Origin: an uncultured Erysipelotrichaceae bacterium
GTDB lineage: Bacteria; Bacillota_I; Bacilli_A; RF39; UBA660
Length of the DNA: 64,000 nt
Direction: 5' to 3'
Assembly: GCA_902801825.1 (NCBI GenBank)
Contig: CADCJS010000002.1
Span: 33,557 to 97,556 of the forward strand
Shown piece by piece: positions 18,933-30,496 of this stretch; the first letter of the stretch is position 1; every line of letters starts with the position of its first letter. The notes under the pieces are model-generated. The model was not told where the DNA came from, searched no databases, and worked only from the letters and a program-made list of their open reading frames with translations. The position numbers and the translations under genes were made by a program.

Positions 18933-20330
18933 ATGAAATATGATGTAGTAATAGTAGGTGCTGGGCCTGCAGGTTTATTTTGTGCTTATGAATTAATTGA
19001 AAAAAATCCAAAATTAAAAATATTAATGTTAGATAAAGGTAAATATGTAGAAAATAGACTTTGCCCTATGAATAAATTAAAAACTGAATGTAAGAACTGT
19101 AATCCATGTAATATTCTATCTGGTTATGGTGGTGCTGGAACATTTTCTGATGGTAAATTAAATTTTATTCCTAAATTAGGTAAATCAGATTTATTTAAGT
19201 ATATGGATGAAGAAAAAGCATATAAATTAGTTGATGAAACTGAAGAAATATTTAATAAATTTAAAATGGATGCTGAAGTATTTCCTTCAAATATTGATGA
19301 AGCTAAAGAAATACAAAAGAAATGTACTAAATATGGTATGAGATTATTATTAATTAAACAAAAACATTTAGGTAGTGATCATCTTCCTTCATATATTGAT
19401 GGTTTTACAAAGTATTTAAAAGATAAAGGTGTAGAAATACTAGAATCTACTAATGTTATTGATATTGAAAGTAAAAATGAAAATAAACATATAATTACTT
19501 ATAAAAAGAATAAAGATGAAATAAAAATTGAATCAAAATTTGTAGTAGTAGCCCCTGGAAGAACAGGTGCTAAATGGGTTCAAGAACTAGCAGATAAGTA
19601 TAATATAGAATATTTATCAAAGAGTATAGAAATAGGTGTTAGAGTAGAAGTTAGAAAAGAAATAATGCAAGAAATATGTGATGTAATATATGATCCTACT
19701 ATTTTTATTAAAACTAAAACATATGCTGATGAAATTAGAACTTTTTGTACAAATCCTGGAGGTTTTGTAGCTAAAGAGAATTACTATGGTTATATTTGTG
19801 TTAATGGACACTCTTTAAAAGAAATAAAATCTAATAATTCTAATTTTGCTTTTATAAGTAAAGTTAATCTAACTGAACCAGTAACTAATACTAGACAATA
19901 TGGTGAATCAATAGCAAGAATAGCAAATGTTTTAGGTGATTCTAAACCTATAATACAAACTCTTAGGGATTTAAAAGAAGGTAGAAGAAGTAAATGGTCT
20001 AGAATTAATAAAATGTTTATAACTCCTACTTTGAAAGATGCTGTCGCAGGTGATTTAGCATTAGTTTTACCACATAGAATTATTCTTAATATTATTGAAG
20101 GTATAGAACAATTAGATAAAATAATTCCAGGTGTTAATAATGATGAAACATTACTATATGGACCTGAAATTAAATTCTTTTCTAATGAAATAACAACTAA
20201 TAATGAATTTAAAATAGATGGTTATAATATGTATTTTATTGGTGATGGTGCAGGTAAAGCTGGTAATATAGTCATCGCTGCTGCAACAGGTCTTGTAAGT
20301 GCTAGAGATATATTAAAAAGAGTTAAATAA
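18933..20330 (+). CDS. FAD-dependent oxidoreductase (COG2509-like)
   Basis: 'DVVIVGAGPAGL' dinucleotide-binding motif and a 'CKNCNPCN' Cys cluster. 465 aa. Confidence 0.7.
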   Translation: MKYDVVIVGAGPAGLFCAYELIEKNPKLKILMLDKGKYVENRLCPMNKLKTECKNCNPCNILSGYGGAGTFSDGKLNFIPKLGKSDLFKYMDEEKAYKLVDETEEIFNKFKMDAEVFPSNIDEAKEIQKKCTKYGMRLLLIKQKHLGSDHLPSYIDGFTKYLKDKGVEILESTNVIDIESKNENKHIITYKKNKDEIKIESKFVVVAPGRTGAKWVQELADKYNIEYLSKSIEIGVRVEVRKEIMQEICDVIYDPTIFIKTKTYADEIRTFCTNPGGFVAKENYYGYICVNGHSLKEIKSNNSNFAFISKVNLTEPVTNTRQYGESIARIANVLGDSKPIIQTLRDLKEGRRSKWSRINKMFITPTLKDAVAGDLALVLPHRIILNIIEGIEQLDKIIPGVNNDETLLYGPEIKFFSNEITTNNEFKIDGYNMYFIGDGAGKAGNIVIAAATGLVSARDILKRVK

Positions 20331-20369
20331 CTCTTTTTTTAACTTAGTTAATATTGTATAATTAAAAAG

Positions 20370-22565
20370 GTGAATAAAATGAAAAAATTTATCAAAGGAT
20401 ATTTTACAAGAATTATTTTTAAATCTGATAATAACTTTATTATTGGTCTAATGAAAGTACAAGATACTAATGATAATGATATGATAGATTTTGTTAATAA
20501 AACTATTACTTTTACAGGTATATTTCATGAATTAAATATTGATGAAAAATATATTTTTTATGGAGAATTAATTAATAATATTAAATATGGTTTACAATAT
20601 AATGTTACTGAATATGAAAGAGTTAAACCAGAAGATATTGATTCAATTATAGATTTTTTATCAAGTGATTTATTTCATAAGGTTGGAGTTAAAACTGCTA
20701 AGAATATTGTTGATGTATTAAAAGAAGATACATTAAAATTAATAGAAGAAGATTATTCAAATTTATTACTAGTACCCAATATGAAAGAGGAAAAAGCTAA
20801 ATATATTCATGATACTTTAATAAAATATAATGAAAGTTATGAAACTATATTATTTTTAACAAAAATTGGTTTTAATATGAAAGATTCAATGGATATATTT
20901 AATACATTAAAAACTAAAACTAAAACTATAATTAATAATAATATATATGAATTAATTGATATGGTTGATAGTATTTCTTTTTTAAAAGTAGAAAAAGTAA
21001 GAAAAAATTTAGATATAAAAGATGATAATAAATATAGAATTTTAGCATGCATAATACATGTATTTAAAAATTATTGTTTTAACACTGGTGATACATATGC
21101 ATATTTATCTGATTTATATTTACAAGTTTCTAGTTACTTACAAATTGAAGATTTTTCTTTAGAAGATTTATCTTTATATTTATCTAATTTAAAATCTTTA
21201 GGAAAAATAATAACAGAAGATGATAAATATTTTTTATTTGAATATTATTCTTCTGAAAATAATATTGCAAGCACATTAAGTTATTTTAACAATAAAAAAG
21301 ATAATAAATATAAAAGTATTTTAAATGAAATAACAAAATTAGAATTAGATTTTAAAATAATTTTTAATAAAAAACAAAAAGAAGCAATTAAAAAAGCTTT
21401 AGAAAAAAATTTTGTTATAATAACTGGTTCACCTGGGACTGGTAAAACAACTATCATTAAAGGAATAGTAGAATTATATAAAAGATTAAATAGATTAAAT
21501 TATATGGATTTAGAAAATAAATTAGCTTTACTTTCTCCAACTGGAAGAGCAGCTAAAAGAATGAGTGAAGGAACTAATTTTAAAGCTTCTACTATACATA
21601 GATTTTTAAAATGGAATAAAGAAACAGATACTTTTTTAGTTAATAAAGATAATAAATCTACTGTAGAATTTGTTATTATAGATGAAGCTAGTATGATAGA
21701 CGTTAATTTGTTTAATAGTTTGTTAAATGGATTAAGTAAGAATGTTAAATTAGTTCTTATAGGCGATTATAATCAATTAGAAAGTGTTGGTCCTGGGAAT
21801 ATACTAAAAGATTTAATTGATAGTAATAAATTAAATGTTATAAAATTAGATGAATTATATAGACAAGAAGAAAATTCTTATATTAATATTTTAGCTAAAG
21901 AAATAAATGATGGTAATTTAACTTATGATTTTAATAGTAAGAAAAAAGATTTTAGTTTTATATCTAGTGAAAAATATAATGTTAAAAAATATATTAAAGA
22001 AGTAATTATTAAAGCATTAGATAAAGGATATACATTAAATGATATTCAAGTGTTATGTCCTATGTATAAAGGTTATAACGGTATAGATAATTTAAATAAA
22101 TATATACAAGAATTATTGAATAAAGATGAAGAAAAATCTATAAAATATTTAGATGTTGTTTATAAAAAGAATGATAAAGTATTACAATTAGAAAATGATC
22201 CAAATAATAATGTGTTTAATGGAGATATTGGTTATATTATAGATATAGATAAAAATGTTGTTACTATTGATTTTGATGGTAATGTAGTTAAATATACTTC
22301 TAAAGATTTAAATATGATAAAACATGCTTATGCGATAAGTATTCATAAGGCACAGGGTAGTGAGTTTAATATAGTTATTATACCTATAGTATCAGAATAT
22401 AGAATTATGCTTTATAAAAAATTAATTTATACTGGTATAACAAGAGCTAAAAAATCATTAATTCTTATTGGAGAAAAAGATGCATTTATTTATTCAATTA
22501 AAAATAATAATTTAAAAGAAAGAAGAACTATATTAAAAGATAAATTAATTGAATGTATAAATTAA
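20370..22565 (+). CDS. recD2: RecD2-like SF1B ATP-dependent DNA helicase
   Basis: Walker A 'ITGSPGTGKTT' and Walker B 'VIIDEASMID'. C-terminal 'HKAQGSEF' helicase motif and 'YTGITRAKK'. 731 aa. Confidence 0.85.
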   Translation: MNKMKKFIKGYFTRIIFKSDNNFIIGLMKVQDTNDNDMIDFVNKTITFTGIFHELNIDEKYIFYGELINNIKYGLQYNVTEYERVKPEDIDSIIDFLSSDLFHKVGVKTAKNIVDVLKEDTLKLIEEDYSNLLLVPNMKEEKAKYIHDTLIKYNESYETILFLTKIGFNMKDSMDIFNTLKTKTKTIINNNIYELIDMVDSISFLKVEKVRKNLDIKDDNKYRILACIIHVFKNYCFNTGDTYAYLSDLYLQVSSYLQIEDFSLEDLSLYLSNLKSLGKIITEDDKYFLFEYYSSENNIASTLSYFNNKKDNKYKSILNEITKLELDFKIIFNKKQKEAIKKALEKNFVIITGSPGTGKTTIIKGIVELYKRLNRLNYMDLENKLALLSPTGRAAKRMSEGTNFKASTIHRFLKWNKETDTFLVNKDNKSTVEFVIIDEASMIDVNLFNSLLNGLSKNVKLVLIGDYNQLESVGPGNILKDLIDSNKLNVIKLDELYRQEENSYINILAKEINDGNLTYDFNSKKKDFSFISSEKYNVKKYIKEVIIKALDKGYTLNDIQVLCPMYKGYNGIDNLNKYIQELLNKDEEKSIKYLDVVYKKNDKVLQLENDPNNNVFNGDIGYIIDIDKNVVTIDFDGNVVKYTSKDLNMIKHAYAISIHKAQGSEFNIVIIPIVSEYRIMLYKKLIYTGITRAKKSLILIGEKDAFIYSIKNNNLKERRTILKDKLIECIN

Positions 22566-22600
22566 TAATTATTGTTAATCATATTATTAGAGGTGAAATT

Positions 22601-22750
22601 ATGAAAAGAATGATTGGATATACTATGCTTGGAATGGGATTAGGTGCATCTATGAGTTTTATGTATGATAAATATAAAAATAATTCTTTAAAAAGTACAT
22701 TCCAAAAAGCAGGTAATAAAGTTTCTAATATGATTGATAGTATAAACTAA
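22601..22750 (+). CDS. small membrane protein (~49 aa)
   Basis: Start moved to the ATG at 22601 with an AGAGGTGA RBS. Gly-rich TM helix 'GYTMLGMGLGASMSF'. Confidence 0.35.
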   Translation: MKRMIGYTMLGMGLGASMSFMYDKYKNNSLKSTFQKAGNKVSNMIDSIN

Positions 22751-22790
22751 AAAAAAGATTTTTTAATCTTTTTTTTTATTTTTTATAAAT
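22750..22790. terminator. bidirectional intrinsic terminator between convergent genes
   Basis: aagatt-tttt-aatctt hairpin flanked by A-runs and T-runs on both sides. Confidence 0.55.
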
Positions 22791-23464
22791 TCTCTTAATA
22801 ATTTAGTTAAAGCTCTTTTTTCTATTCTAGAAACATAACTTCTTGAAATATTCATTTCTTTGGCAATTTCTTTTTGTGTCATTTCATCATATTTATTTAA
22901 ACCATATCTTTTTTCTATAATTATTCTTTCTCTATCATTAAGTAAATATATATATTCCTTTAAAGATTTAATATTATCTTTTGTGTTAATATTTTCTATA
23001 TAATCTGTATTTGGAGTTTTTAAAACATCTAGTAATGATATTTCATTTCCATCTTTATCAAAACCTATTAATTCATCTAAACTTATATCTTTATTAGTTT
23101 TCTTTAAATTTCTAAAATACATTAATATTTCATTTTCAATGCATCTAGCGCAGTAAGTAGTTAATTTACTTCCTTTAGAATAAGAAAAACTATCTATACC
23201 TTTTATTAAACCAATAATACCTATACTAATTAAATCATCAGTATCATTTTTGTTTGTATTATATTTTTTTACTATATGAGCGACTAATCTTAAATTATGT
23301 TCAATTAATATGTTTCTAGCATCTTTATCATTTTTTTCTAAAAATAGTTTTAAATATTTTTCTTCATCTTTTTTACTTAATGCTTCTTTAAAAACATTGT
23401 TAGAATAACTACCTGTAAAGAAAAGCATATTTTTAACTAACATAGTTAATATACTTAAAAACAT
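22763..23464 (-). CDS. sigK: sporulation sigma factor SigK (uninterrupted)
   Basis: 'NILIEHNLRLVAHIVKKY', 'ISIGIIGLIKGIDSF', 'CIENEILMYFRNLKK' and 'ISRSYVSRIEKRAL' almost exactly match Bacillus/Clostridium SigK. An N-terminal pro-sequence is present. No intervening element. Confidence 0.85.
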   Translation of the reverse strand: MFLSILTMLVKNMLFFTGSYSNNVFKEALSKKDEEKYLKLFLEKNDKDARNILIEHNLRLVAHIVKKYNTNKNDTDDLISIGIIGLIKGIDSFSYSKGSKLTTYCARCIENEILMYFRNLKKTNKDISLDELIGFDKDGNEISLLDVLKTPNTDYIENINTKDNIKSLKEYIYLLNDRERIIIEKRYGLNKYDEMTQKEIAKEMNISRSYVSRIEKRALTKLLREFIKNKKKD

Positions 23465-23582
23465 TTATAACACTCCTTTATAAATTATATAAGTTTAATA
23501 TAAAAAATATGTAAAGTAAATCTAAAATTAATCTTATATAAAAATAATATGTTATAATAATTAATATAGGAGGCTTTAGAAT

Positions 23583-24401
23583 ATGTTATCAAATTTATCA
23601 TTTGCGCAAATGGCTATAGTAATTTCGTTATCTATTATTCCTAGTTTTATATTATTATTTTTGATATTATATTCTGATAGAAAAAATAGAGAACCAGTTC
23701 CTTTAATTATAATATCAGTTATATCTGGTTTATTTACTATTAGTTTATCTTTATTAATAGATAAAATATTTTTAAAATTAAATATTTCTAATGATATTTT
23801 ATTATCTTATAATAATTATAATATATTTAAAATAATTATTTTAGCAAGTGTAGAAGAATTTTCTAAATGGTTTGTTCTATATATTTTCTTATCTCATAAT
23901 TCTTCATATGATGATATATATGATGGCTTTGTATATTCATCTATAATATCATTATCTTTTGCTTTAACAGAAACAATTATGTATGTATTTAGTGAAACAG
24001 CTTTTCAAGATATGACTAATTTAGCAATTTTAAGAAATATAACTTCTGTTCCATTACATATAGTATGTGGTATTATAATGGGCTATAATATTTCATTAGT
24101 TAAATTTTCGAAGTATAAAAAGAATAAAATGTTTAAATTATCTAAATCTTTATTAATACCTATATTTGTACATAGTTTATATAATTTATTTTTTTCTATA
24201 TTATCTTTCAGAAACATAAATAATTATATAAGTGTAGTAATAATGGTATTATTTATTATGGGAATATATGTTTTAGGTTGTTTATATATACTTGAAACAG
24301 TTGTTCTTAATAAAATATTTATGAATAATTTGATATATGATAAAGACTATGATTATTTAATGACAAGACAAGAATTTTTAATGAGGAGAAGTAATAAATG
24401 A
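23583..24401 (+). CDS. PrsW-family intramembrane protease-like protein
   Basis: Polytopic membrane protein with the conserved 'EEFSKW' (EExxK) motif and a downstream 'F..H' motif typical of PrsW/CPBP-like proteases. Confidence 0.55.
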   Translation: MLSNLSFAQMAIVISLSIIPSFILLFLILYSDRKNREPVPLIIISVISGLFTISLSLLIDKIFLKLNISNDILLSYNNYNIFKIIILASVEEFSKWFVLYIFLSHNSSYDDIYDGFVYSSIISLSFALTETIMYVFSETAFQDMTNLAILRNITSVPLHIVCGIIMGYNISLVKFSKYKKNKMFKLSKSLLIPIFVHSLYNLFFSILSFRNINNYISVVIMVLFIMGIYVLGCLYILETVVLNKIFMNNLIYDKDYDYLMTRQEFLMRRSNK

Positions 24402-24916
24402 GATTAGTACCAGATGCATATTACAAAAATGTTTTTGAAATAAATTATGATAATTTAGTAAAAAAAGAATATAAATATATATTTTTTGATGTTGATAATA
24501 CATTACTAACATATGATTCAAAAAATGTAGATGAAAAAATAATAAAATTATTTAAAAATATAAAAGAAAAAGGATTAGAACCTATAATTATATCTAATTC
24601 TAGAAAAAATAGAATAGGTATTATATTAAATACTTTAGATATTAAAGGTTATACATTTTCAAAAAAACCATTAAAATTTGTTTATAAAAATATTATTAAT
24701 AAATATGATAAGAATAAATGCATTTTTATTGGTGATCAATTAATGACTGATGTTTTAGGAGCAAAAAGAAATAAACTAAAAGTTATTTTAGTTGATAGAA
24801 TTAATGATAATGAACCATTTGGTACAAAAATATGGAGATTTTTTGAAAGAAAAATATTAAAAAAATATGATAATAAAAAAATATTTATTGTAAAAAAATA
24901 CTATGATAATTTATAA
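24398..24916 (+). CDS. YqeG-family HAD-IIIA phosphatase
   Basis: 'FFDVDNTLL' DxDxT motif, 'IISNS' and 'GDQLMTDVLGA'. 172 aa. Confidence 0.7.
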   Translation: MRLVPDAYYKNVFEINYDNLVKKEYKYIFFDVDNTLLTYDSKNVDEKIIKLFKNIKEKGLEPIIISNSRKNRIGIILNTLDIKGYTFSKKPLKFVYKNIINKYDKNKCIFIGDQLMTDVLGAKRNKLKVILVDRINDNEPFGTKIWRFFERKILKKYDNKKIFIVKKYYDNL

Positions 24917-24988
24917 AATATTTTACTTTTTATTTTGTATTTGATATAATCAAATAAAGAATAAGAAATACTAGAAAGAAGGTAAAGA

Positions 24989-26263
24989 ATGAAAAAGGGG
25001 CTATTTAAGATATTATTATTTATACTATTGCTCTTGCCATTAAGTGCTAAGGCAGAAGTTAAATTTGCTTTAAGTAAAAGTGCAGACAATTTAAAACCAG
25101 GATCTAATTTTTCTGTAACTATTAAAGTTACTGGTGTAGATTCAGTTAATGCAGTTACTAATTTTAGTTTGAATTTAAATTATAAATCTTCAGCATTAAC
25201 TTATACTGGAGGAGAAAGTGGAATTGCTAATATTGGTGTTAATGGAGAAAATATAACAGTTGCTTATGATGCTGCTAGAGCAGGAAGTTCTATAGGAAAT
25301 AATTTTGATGCGGCAACTTTAAATTTTACTATTAATAATGGAGTAAAAAGTGGAGATTATGCATTATCTTTAAATAGTGGTTGTGAAATAAATGGTGCTG
25401 CTGCTTCATGTAGTAGTAATAGTACTTCAATCAATGTTGCAGCTTTATCTGGTAATGCAAATTTAAATAGTTTAAAAATACCAAATGCTACTTTAAAACC
25501 AGCATTTGATAAAAATACAACAGAGTATGATGCTGATATAAAAGATATTACTGAAATAACTATTAATGCAACTGCACAAGATCCAAATGCTAAAATACAA
25601 GTAAGTGATAATTATAAATCATTAGTAAAAGGTGAAAATATTGTTAAAATAGTTGTAACAAGTGAAAATGGTACTACTAAAACATATACAATAAAAGTAA
25701 ATTTAACTCTAACACCAACTGATGAAGAAAAATTAAAAGCTGATGCATCTTTAAAAAGTATTACAATAAAGGGACAAAAAATAGATTTTAAATCTGATGA
25801 AAAGAAATATTATTTAAATGTTAAATATGATATAAAGAAGTTAGCTATTAAAGCAGAACCAACTAATCCAAATGCTACTGTAAAAATAACAGGTCAAGAT
25901 AAATTATTGGTTGGTAAAAATACTATTAAAATAGAAATAAAATCTGAAGATGAAACAACTAATGATACCTATCAAATAATAGTTAATAGAGAAGAAGAAA
26001 AGAAACAAATAACAAAAACATGCCCTGATTCGACTTCTACAAGAGAATGGATTATATTTTCAATATCAATGTTAGTAACATTTACATTAGGTATAGTACT
26101 TGGTTTCTTCTTATGTAAGAAAGATGTATTAGTTAAAATTAAGAATAAATTATTTAAAAAGAAAAATAAAGAAGAACCTGTTGCAATTGAAACATTATCT
26201 GATACAATAGATTTATCAAATGTTAAAAATGAGATAAAAAAAGATAATAAAAAGAAACAATAG
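24989..26263 (+). CDS. cell-surface protein: cohesin-like N-domain + two cadherin-like beta-sandwich repeats + C-terminal TM anchor
   Basis: Signal peptide. 'LSGNANLNSLKIPNATLKPAFDKNTTEYDADI' and 'ASLKSITIKGQKIDFKSDEKKYYLNV' match the cadherin-like beta-sandwich ('LSxLxxSxGxLxPxFxxxxxxYxxxV') repeat. C-terminal hydrophobic helix followed by a KKD cluster. Confidence 0.6.
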   Translation: MKKGLFKILLFILLLLPLSAKAEVKFALSKSADNLKPGSNFSVTIKVTGVDSVNAVTNFSLNLNYKSSALTYTGGESGIANIGVNGENITVAYDAARAGSSIGNNFDAATLNFTINNGVKSGDYALSLNSGCEINGAAASCSSNSTSINVAALSGNANLNSLKIPNATLKPAFDKNTTEYDADIKDITEITINATAQDPNAKIQVSDNYKSLVKGENIVKIVVTSENGTTKTYTIKVNLTLTPTDEEKLKADASLKSITIKGQKIDFKSDEKKYYLNVKYDIKKLAIKAEPTNPNATVKITGQDKLLVGKNTIKIEIKSEDETTNDTYQIIVNREEEKKQITKTCPDSTSTREWIIFSISMLVTFTLGIVLGFFLCKKDVLVKIKNKLFKKKNKEEPVAIETLSDTIDLSNVKNEIKKDNKKKQ

Positions 26264-26342
26264 TTTCTTTTTTTACATTTTTTAATAAAAAATAGGGGAA
26301 TTTTAATAATAAGTGGGGAATATTATATTTGGAAGTGGTTAA

Positions 26343-28076
26343 ATGAAGCCTAGTTACGAGGAAATATTAAGCATACAAAGAAATGTTGATATTGTAGATA
26401 TTATTAAAGATTATATTAATTTAACACCTAGAGGTAAGAATTTCTTTGGAATTTGTCCATTTCATGATGATCATTCACCTAGTATGAGTGTTTCTAAAGA
26501 TAGACAGATGTATAGATGTTTTGTATGTGGTGCATCAGGTAATGTTTTTAATTTTGTAAAGAACTATGAGAATATTTCATATTATAGTGCAATTAAAAAA
26601 GTCGCAGATAAAGTTGGGTTAAGTTTTTCTTACAAAGAAAAAGAAACTACTATAAATCCAATACAAAAGAAATATTATGATATATATAATTATGCATCAA
26701 AATATTATCAAAATAATTTAAAAACTTCACTTGGTAAAACTGCTAAAATATATCTTAAAAATAGAAACATAACAGATGATATGATCAAACATTTTAATAT
26801 TGGTTTAAGTTTGAATGATAATAATTTAACAAAACTTCTTTTAGAAAAAGGTTTTATTGAAAATGAATTAGTAGAATTTGGCATATCAAATAGAATTGAT
26901 AATAAAACTTATGATATTTATAAAAATAGAATAATGTTCCCACTTTGGGATATTAATGGCAATACTATTGGATTTAGTGGAAGAATATATGATTCAAATC
27001 AAGATGGTAAGTATATTAATACTAAAGAAACTAATTATTTTAAAAAAGGTAGTTTATTATATAATTATCATAATGCTAGAAAAGAAATACTAAAAGAAAA
27101 TAGTGTTATAGTTGTTGAAGGTTTTATGGATGTTATTAGATTATATTCTATAAATGTATATAATGTTATCGCAACAATGGGTACTGCAGTAACAAAAGAA
27201 CATTTAAATTTGATTAAAAGATTAACAAATAATATTATATTAATGTTTGATGGTGATTCTGCAGGAGAAAAAGCAACTAATTCATTTATTAAAGAAGCTG
27301 AAAATGAATCATTTAAAATTAGTATTGTTAGATTAGAGGAAGATTTAGATCCAGATGATTATATATTGAAAAAAGGCGAAGAAAAAATTAAATATCATTT
27401 AAAACATCCAAAGAATTTATTAAATTATAAAATGGATTTTTTAAAAAAAGATTTAAATTTTGATAATAGTAAGGATATTTCTAAATATATTAATTTATTG
27501 AAACCTGAATTAGAAAAAATAGAAGATGATATTGAAAGAGAAGTTGAAATTAATAGAATTTCAAAACAAACTGGAGTTGACTCAAAATTAATTAAATCAA
27601 AATTAAAAACTAAAGTTAAACAAGAAAAGAAAGAATTTATTAAAGATAAAATAGATTATAAAACAAATAAGTATGAAAAAGCATCTAAGATGATATTATA
27701 TTTTATGCTTAAGAATAATGATTTAATCGATTATTATTATGAAAATTTAAGTTTTTTACCAAATAAAGATGATAATTTGTTAGCAAATCAAATGGTATTA
27801 TTTTATAAGAAATATAATTGTTTTAATTTAAATGATTTTATAACTTATCTTGAAGATAAAAGTAATTTGATTAATGAGATATTACAAATAGAAAGTTATA
27901 ATTATAAGATAAATTGTAATAAAGAAGAAATTGATTCTTATTTTAAATCTGTTAAAGAGTATATTAAGAATAAAAAAATAGAAGAATTACAAATAAAATT
28001 AAAAAATGAAACAAATGATATTGTAAAAAAAGAAATAGCTAAACAAATATTAGATATTAGAATTAAAGGAGTATAA
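26343..28076 (+). CDS. dnaG: DNA primase
   Basis: CHC2 zinc finger '[13 protein letters not shown]...CFVCGASGN'. TOPRIM 'EGFMDV...DGDSAG'. Confidence 0.9.
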   Translation: MKPSYEEILSIQRNVDIVDIIKDYINLTPRGKNFFGICPFHDDHSPSMSVSKDRQMYRCFVCGASGNVFNFVKNYENISYYSAIKKVADKVGLSFSYKEKETTINPIQKKYYDIYNYASKYYQNNLKTSLGKTAKIYLKNRNITDDMIKHFNIGLSLNDNNLTKLLLEKGFIENELVEFGISNRIDNKTYDIYKNRIMFPLWDINGNTIGFSGRIYDSNQDGKYINTKETNYFKKGSLLYNYHNARKEILKENSVIVVEGFMDVIRLYSINVYNVIATMGTAVTKEHLNLIKRLTNNIILMFDGDSAGEKATNSFIKEAENESFKISIVRLEEDLDPDDYILKKGEEKIKYHLKHPKNLLNYKMDFLKKDLNFDNSKDISKYINLLKPELEKIEDDIEREVEINRISKQTGVDSKLIKSKLKTKVKQEKKEFIKDKIDYKTNKYEKASKMILYFMLKNNDLIDYYYENLSFLPNKDDNLLANQMVLFYKKYNCFNLNDFITYLEDKSNLINEILQIESYNYKINCNKEEIDSYFKSVKEYIKNKKIEELQIKLKNETNDIVKKEIAKQILDIRIKGV

Positions 28077-28077
28077 A

Positions 28078-29403
28078 ATGGAAAAAGTTAGTATAATAGA
28101 AAAAAAGAAATCTAAATTATTAAAAGATGGAAAGAATAAAGGATATATAACTGCAGATCAATTACAAGAAATATTTGACGATGAAACAATAACAAGTGAA
28201 GATATTGATAATCTATATGAATTTTTAAAAGAAAATGATATAGATATTGTACAAGAAGAAATTAATGTAAGTACTAAAAAAGAAGAAACTACTATAAATA
28301 AGAAAAAAGAATTATTAAATGGTAGCGCGATAAAAACTATTGATGAGAGAAAACAAGAATTATTAGAGTTAGGAAATAAACAAGGTTATTTAACATTTGA
28401 ACAATTAGCAAAATCTTTAAAAGGTTTAGAAATGGATGCAGAGAGTTTAGATGACTTATATAATTTCTTAAGAGATAATAATATTGAAGTTGTTGAAGAA
28501 AATGAGGAAGGTGGAAATTCTGATGAAGAATTAGATTTATCAATAGATGAAGCATCTTTACCAAAGAATTTAAATATAAATGATCCAGTTAGAATGTATT
28601 TAAAGGAAATTGGGCAAATTTCATTATTAAGTTTAGAAGAAGAATTAGAAATATCTAAAAGAATTGAAGAAGGCGATGAAGAAGCTAAAAGATTACTTGC
28701 TGAATCAAATCTAAGATTAGTTGTTAGTATAGCAAAAAGATATGTTGGTAGAAATTTATCTTTTCTTGATTTAATACAAGAAGGTAATATTGGTTTAATG
28801 AAAGCAGTTGATAAATTTGATTCTTCTAAAGGTTATAAATTTTCTACATATGCTACATGGTGGATTCGTCAAGCAATTACACGTGCAATCGCAGACCAAG
28901 CTAAAACAATTAGAGTACCAGTTCATATGGTTGAAACAATTAATAAATTAAAAAGAGTTCAAAGACAATTAACACTAGAATTAAATAGAGAACCAACTGA
29001 AAAGGAACTAAGTGAAAAATTAAAAATACCAGAAGAAAAAGTAAGAGAAATAATACAAATTTCATTAGATCCATTATCTTTAGAAACACCTATTGGTGAA
29101 GAAGAAGATTCACATTTAGGAGATTTTGTTAAAGATAAGGATAGTTTATCTCCTGAAGAATATGCGATTAATGAGGTATTAAAAGATGAAATTAATGAAG
29201 TATTATTAACTCTAACTGAAAGAGAAGAACAAGTATTAAAATTAAGATTTGGATTAGTAGATGGAACATGTAGAACACTTGAAGAAGTAGGAAGTATATT
29301 TGGTGTAACTAGGGAAAGAATAAGACAAATAGAAGCTAAGGCTTTAAGAAAACTACGTCATCCAAGCAGAAGTAAAAAGTTAAAGGATTATTTGGTGGAT
29401 TAA
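28078..29403 (+). CDS. rpoD: primary RNA polymerase sigma factor (sigma-70/SigA)
   Basis: Regions 1.1-4. '[17 protein letters not shown]' (region 2.4) and '[29 protein letters not shown]' (region 4.2). Immediately follows dnaG. Confidence 0.9.
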   Translation: MEKVSIIEKKKSKLLKDGKNKGYITADQLQEIFDDETITSEDIDNLYEFLKENDIDIVQEEINVSTKKEETTINKKKELLNGSAIKTIDERKQELLELGNKQGYLTFEQLAKSLKGLEMDAESLDDLYNFLRDNNIEVVEENEEGGNSDEELDLSIDEASLPKNLNINDPVRMYLKEIGQISLLSLEEELEISKRIEEGDEEAKRLLAESNLRLVVSIAKRYVGRNLSFLDLIQEGNIGLMKAVDKFDSSKGYKFSTYATWWIRQAITRAIADQAKTIRVPVHMVETINKLKRVQRQLTLELNREPTEKELSEKLKIPEEKVREIIQISLDPLSLETPIGEEEDSHLGDFVKDKDSLSPEEYAINEVLKDEINEVLLTLTEREEQVLKLRFGLVDGTCRTLEEVGSIFGVTRERIRQIEAKALRKLRHPSRSKKLKDYLVD

Positions 29404-29404
29404 T

Positions 29405-30073
29405 ATGAGAATATCTAATAGGTTAAAATGTATATCTGAATTTGTTGAAGATAACGATAAAATTATAGATATTGGTTGTGATCATGCATTACTTGATATC
29501 TATTTAATGAATAATAAAAATAATATAAATCTAATTGCGTCTGATATTCATGAAGGTGCGATTAAAAATGCTAAAAAGAATATTAGTAAACATGCATTAT
29601 TAGATAAAATTGATTTAAGATTAGGTGATGGTCTTAATGTAATAAACGAAAATGAAGTAGATACTATAATAATCGCTGGTATGGGTTATTATTCTATTGA
29701 AAAAATATTATCTAATAGTGAAAAAATGAATAAGATAAAAAAAATAATTGTTCAATCTAATACAGATGTAGTTAAATTAAGGAAATTCATTATTAAATTA
29801 GGTTATAAAATTGAAGATGAATTATTAGTTAAAGATAAAGATATAATTTATACAATAATTAAATTTACTTTAGGTAAAGAAAAATATTCTTATGAAGAAA
29901 TATATTTTGGTCCTAAAATATTATCTAAAAAAGATGATTTATTTTTAGAATATTATAATAAGAAATTATTAAAATATGAAAATTTATTATTACAATTACC
30001 AAAATATGAAATAAAAAATATACTTCATCATAAACATTTAATTAGAATAATAAAAAAAGAATTGTCTAAATAG
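29405..30073 (+). CDS. trmK: tRNA (adenine22-N1)-methyltransferase TrmK (YqfN-like)
   Basis: 'IIDIGCDHALLDIYL' SAM-MTase motif I with the characteristic CDH. Conserved position after sigA. Confidence 0.7.
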   Translation: MRISNRLKCISEFVEDNDKIIDIGCDHALLDIYLMNNKNNINLIASDIHEGAIKNAKKNISKHALLDKIDLRLGDGLNVINENEVDTIIIAGMGYYSIEKILSNSEKMNKIKKIIVQSNTDVVKLRKFIIKLGYKIEDELLVKDKDIIYTIIKFTLGKEKYSYEEIYFGPKILSKKDDLFLEYYNKKLLKYENLLLQLPKYEIKNILHHKHLIRIIKKELSK

Positions 30074-30084
30074 ACAATTCTTTT

Positions 30085-30372
30085 TTAAATGTAAAAAGTA
30101 GGTCCTTCACTATAAGTTGTTTTATTATTTTCAGTTATACTCTTACTATAATTATTATTAATAGAAGTATTAACATTATTATTAACATTTTTTAAACCAC
30201 TAGTTAATTTTATAATAGTTCTTGCATTCTTTACTATTGGTTTTACTTCTTGTACTATAGGTATTGTTTGATTAACTATATTTAATGTTTTTTGTGCATT
30301 AGTAAGAATACTAGATAAACTAAATGTTTTTGCTGGTAAACTTGGCAATAATGCTTGATATGGATTGTACAT
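30085..30372 (-). CDS. hypothetical protein (95 aa)
   Basis: ORF with an AGGAGG-like RBS ('aaggaggtaataaATG' on the minus strand). No motif. Confidence 0.35.
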   Translation of the reverse strand: MYNPYQALLPSLPAKTFSLSSILTNAQKTLNIVNQTIPIVQEVKPIVKNARTIIKLTSGLKNVNNNVNTSINNNYSKSITENNKTTYSEGPTFYI

Positions 30373-30496
30373 ATTTATTACCTCCTTATATTATTATATG
30401 TTTTGTTTATAAAATGTTTAATAATGTAAACTTTATATTTTTAAATATATTTATTATTAAAATGTGGTATAATTTTTATATAATATAGGAGGTTAT

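Noticed and set aside
23465-23582. SigE/SigK-type promoter upstream of sigK
   Set aside because: A 'CATATTT' -10-like element is present but no convincing -35 sits at the right spacing. It is too ambiguous to annotate.
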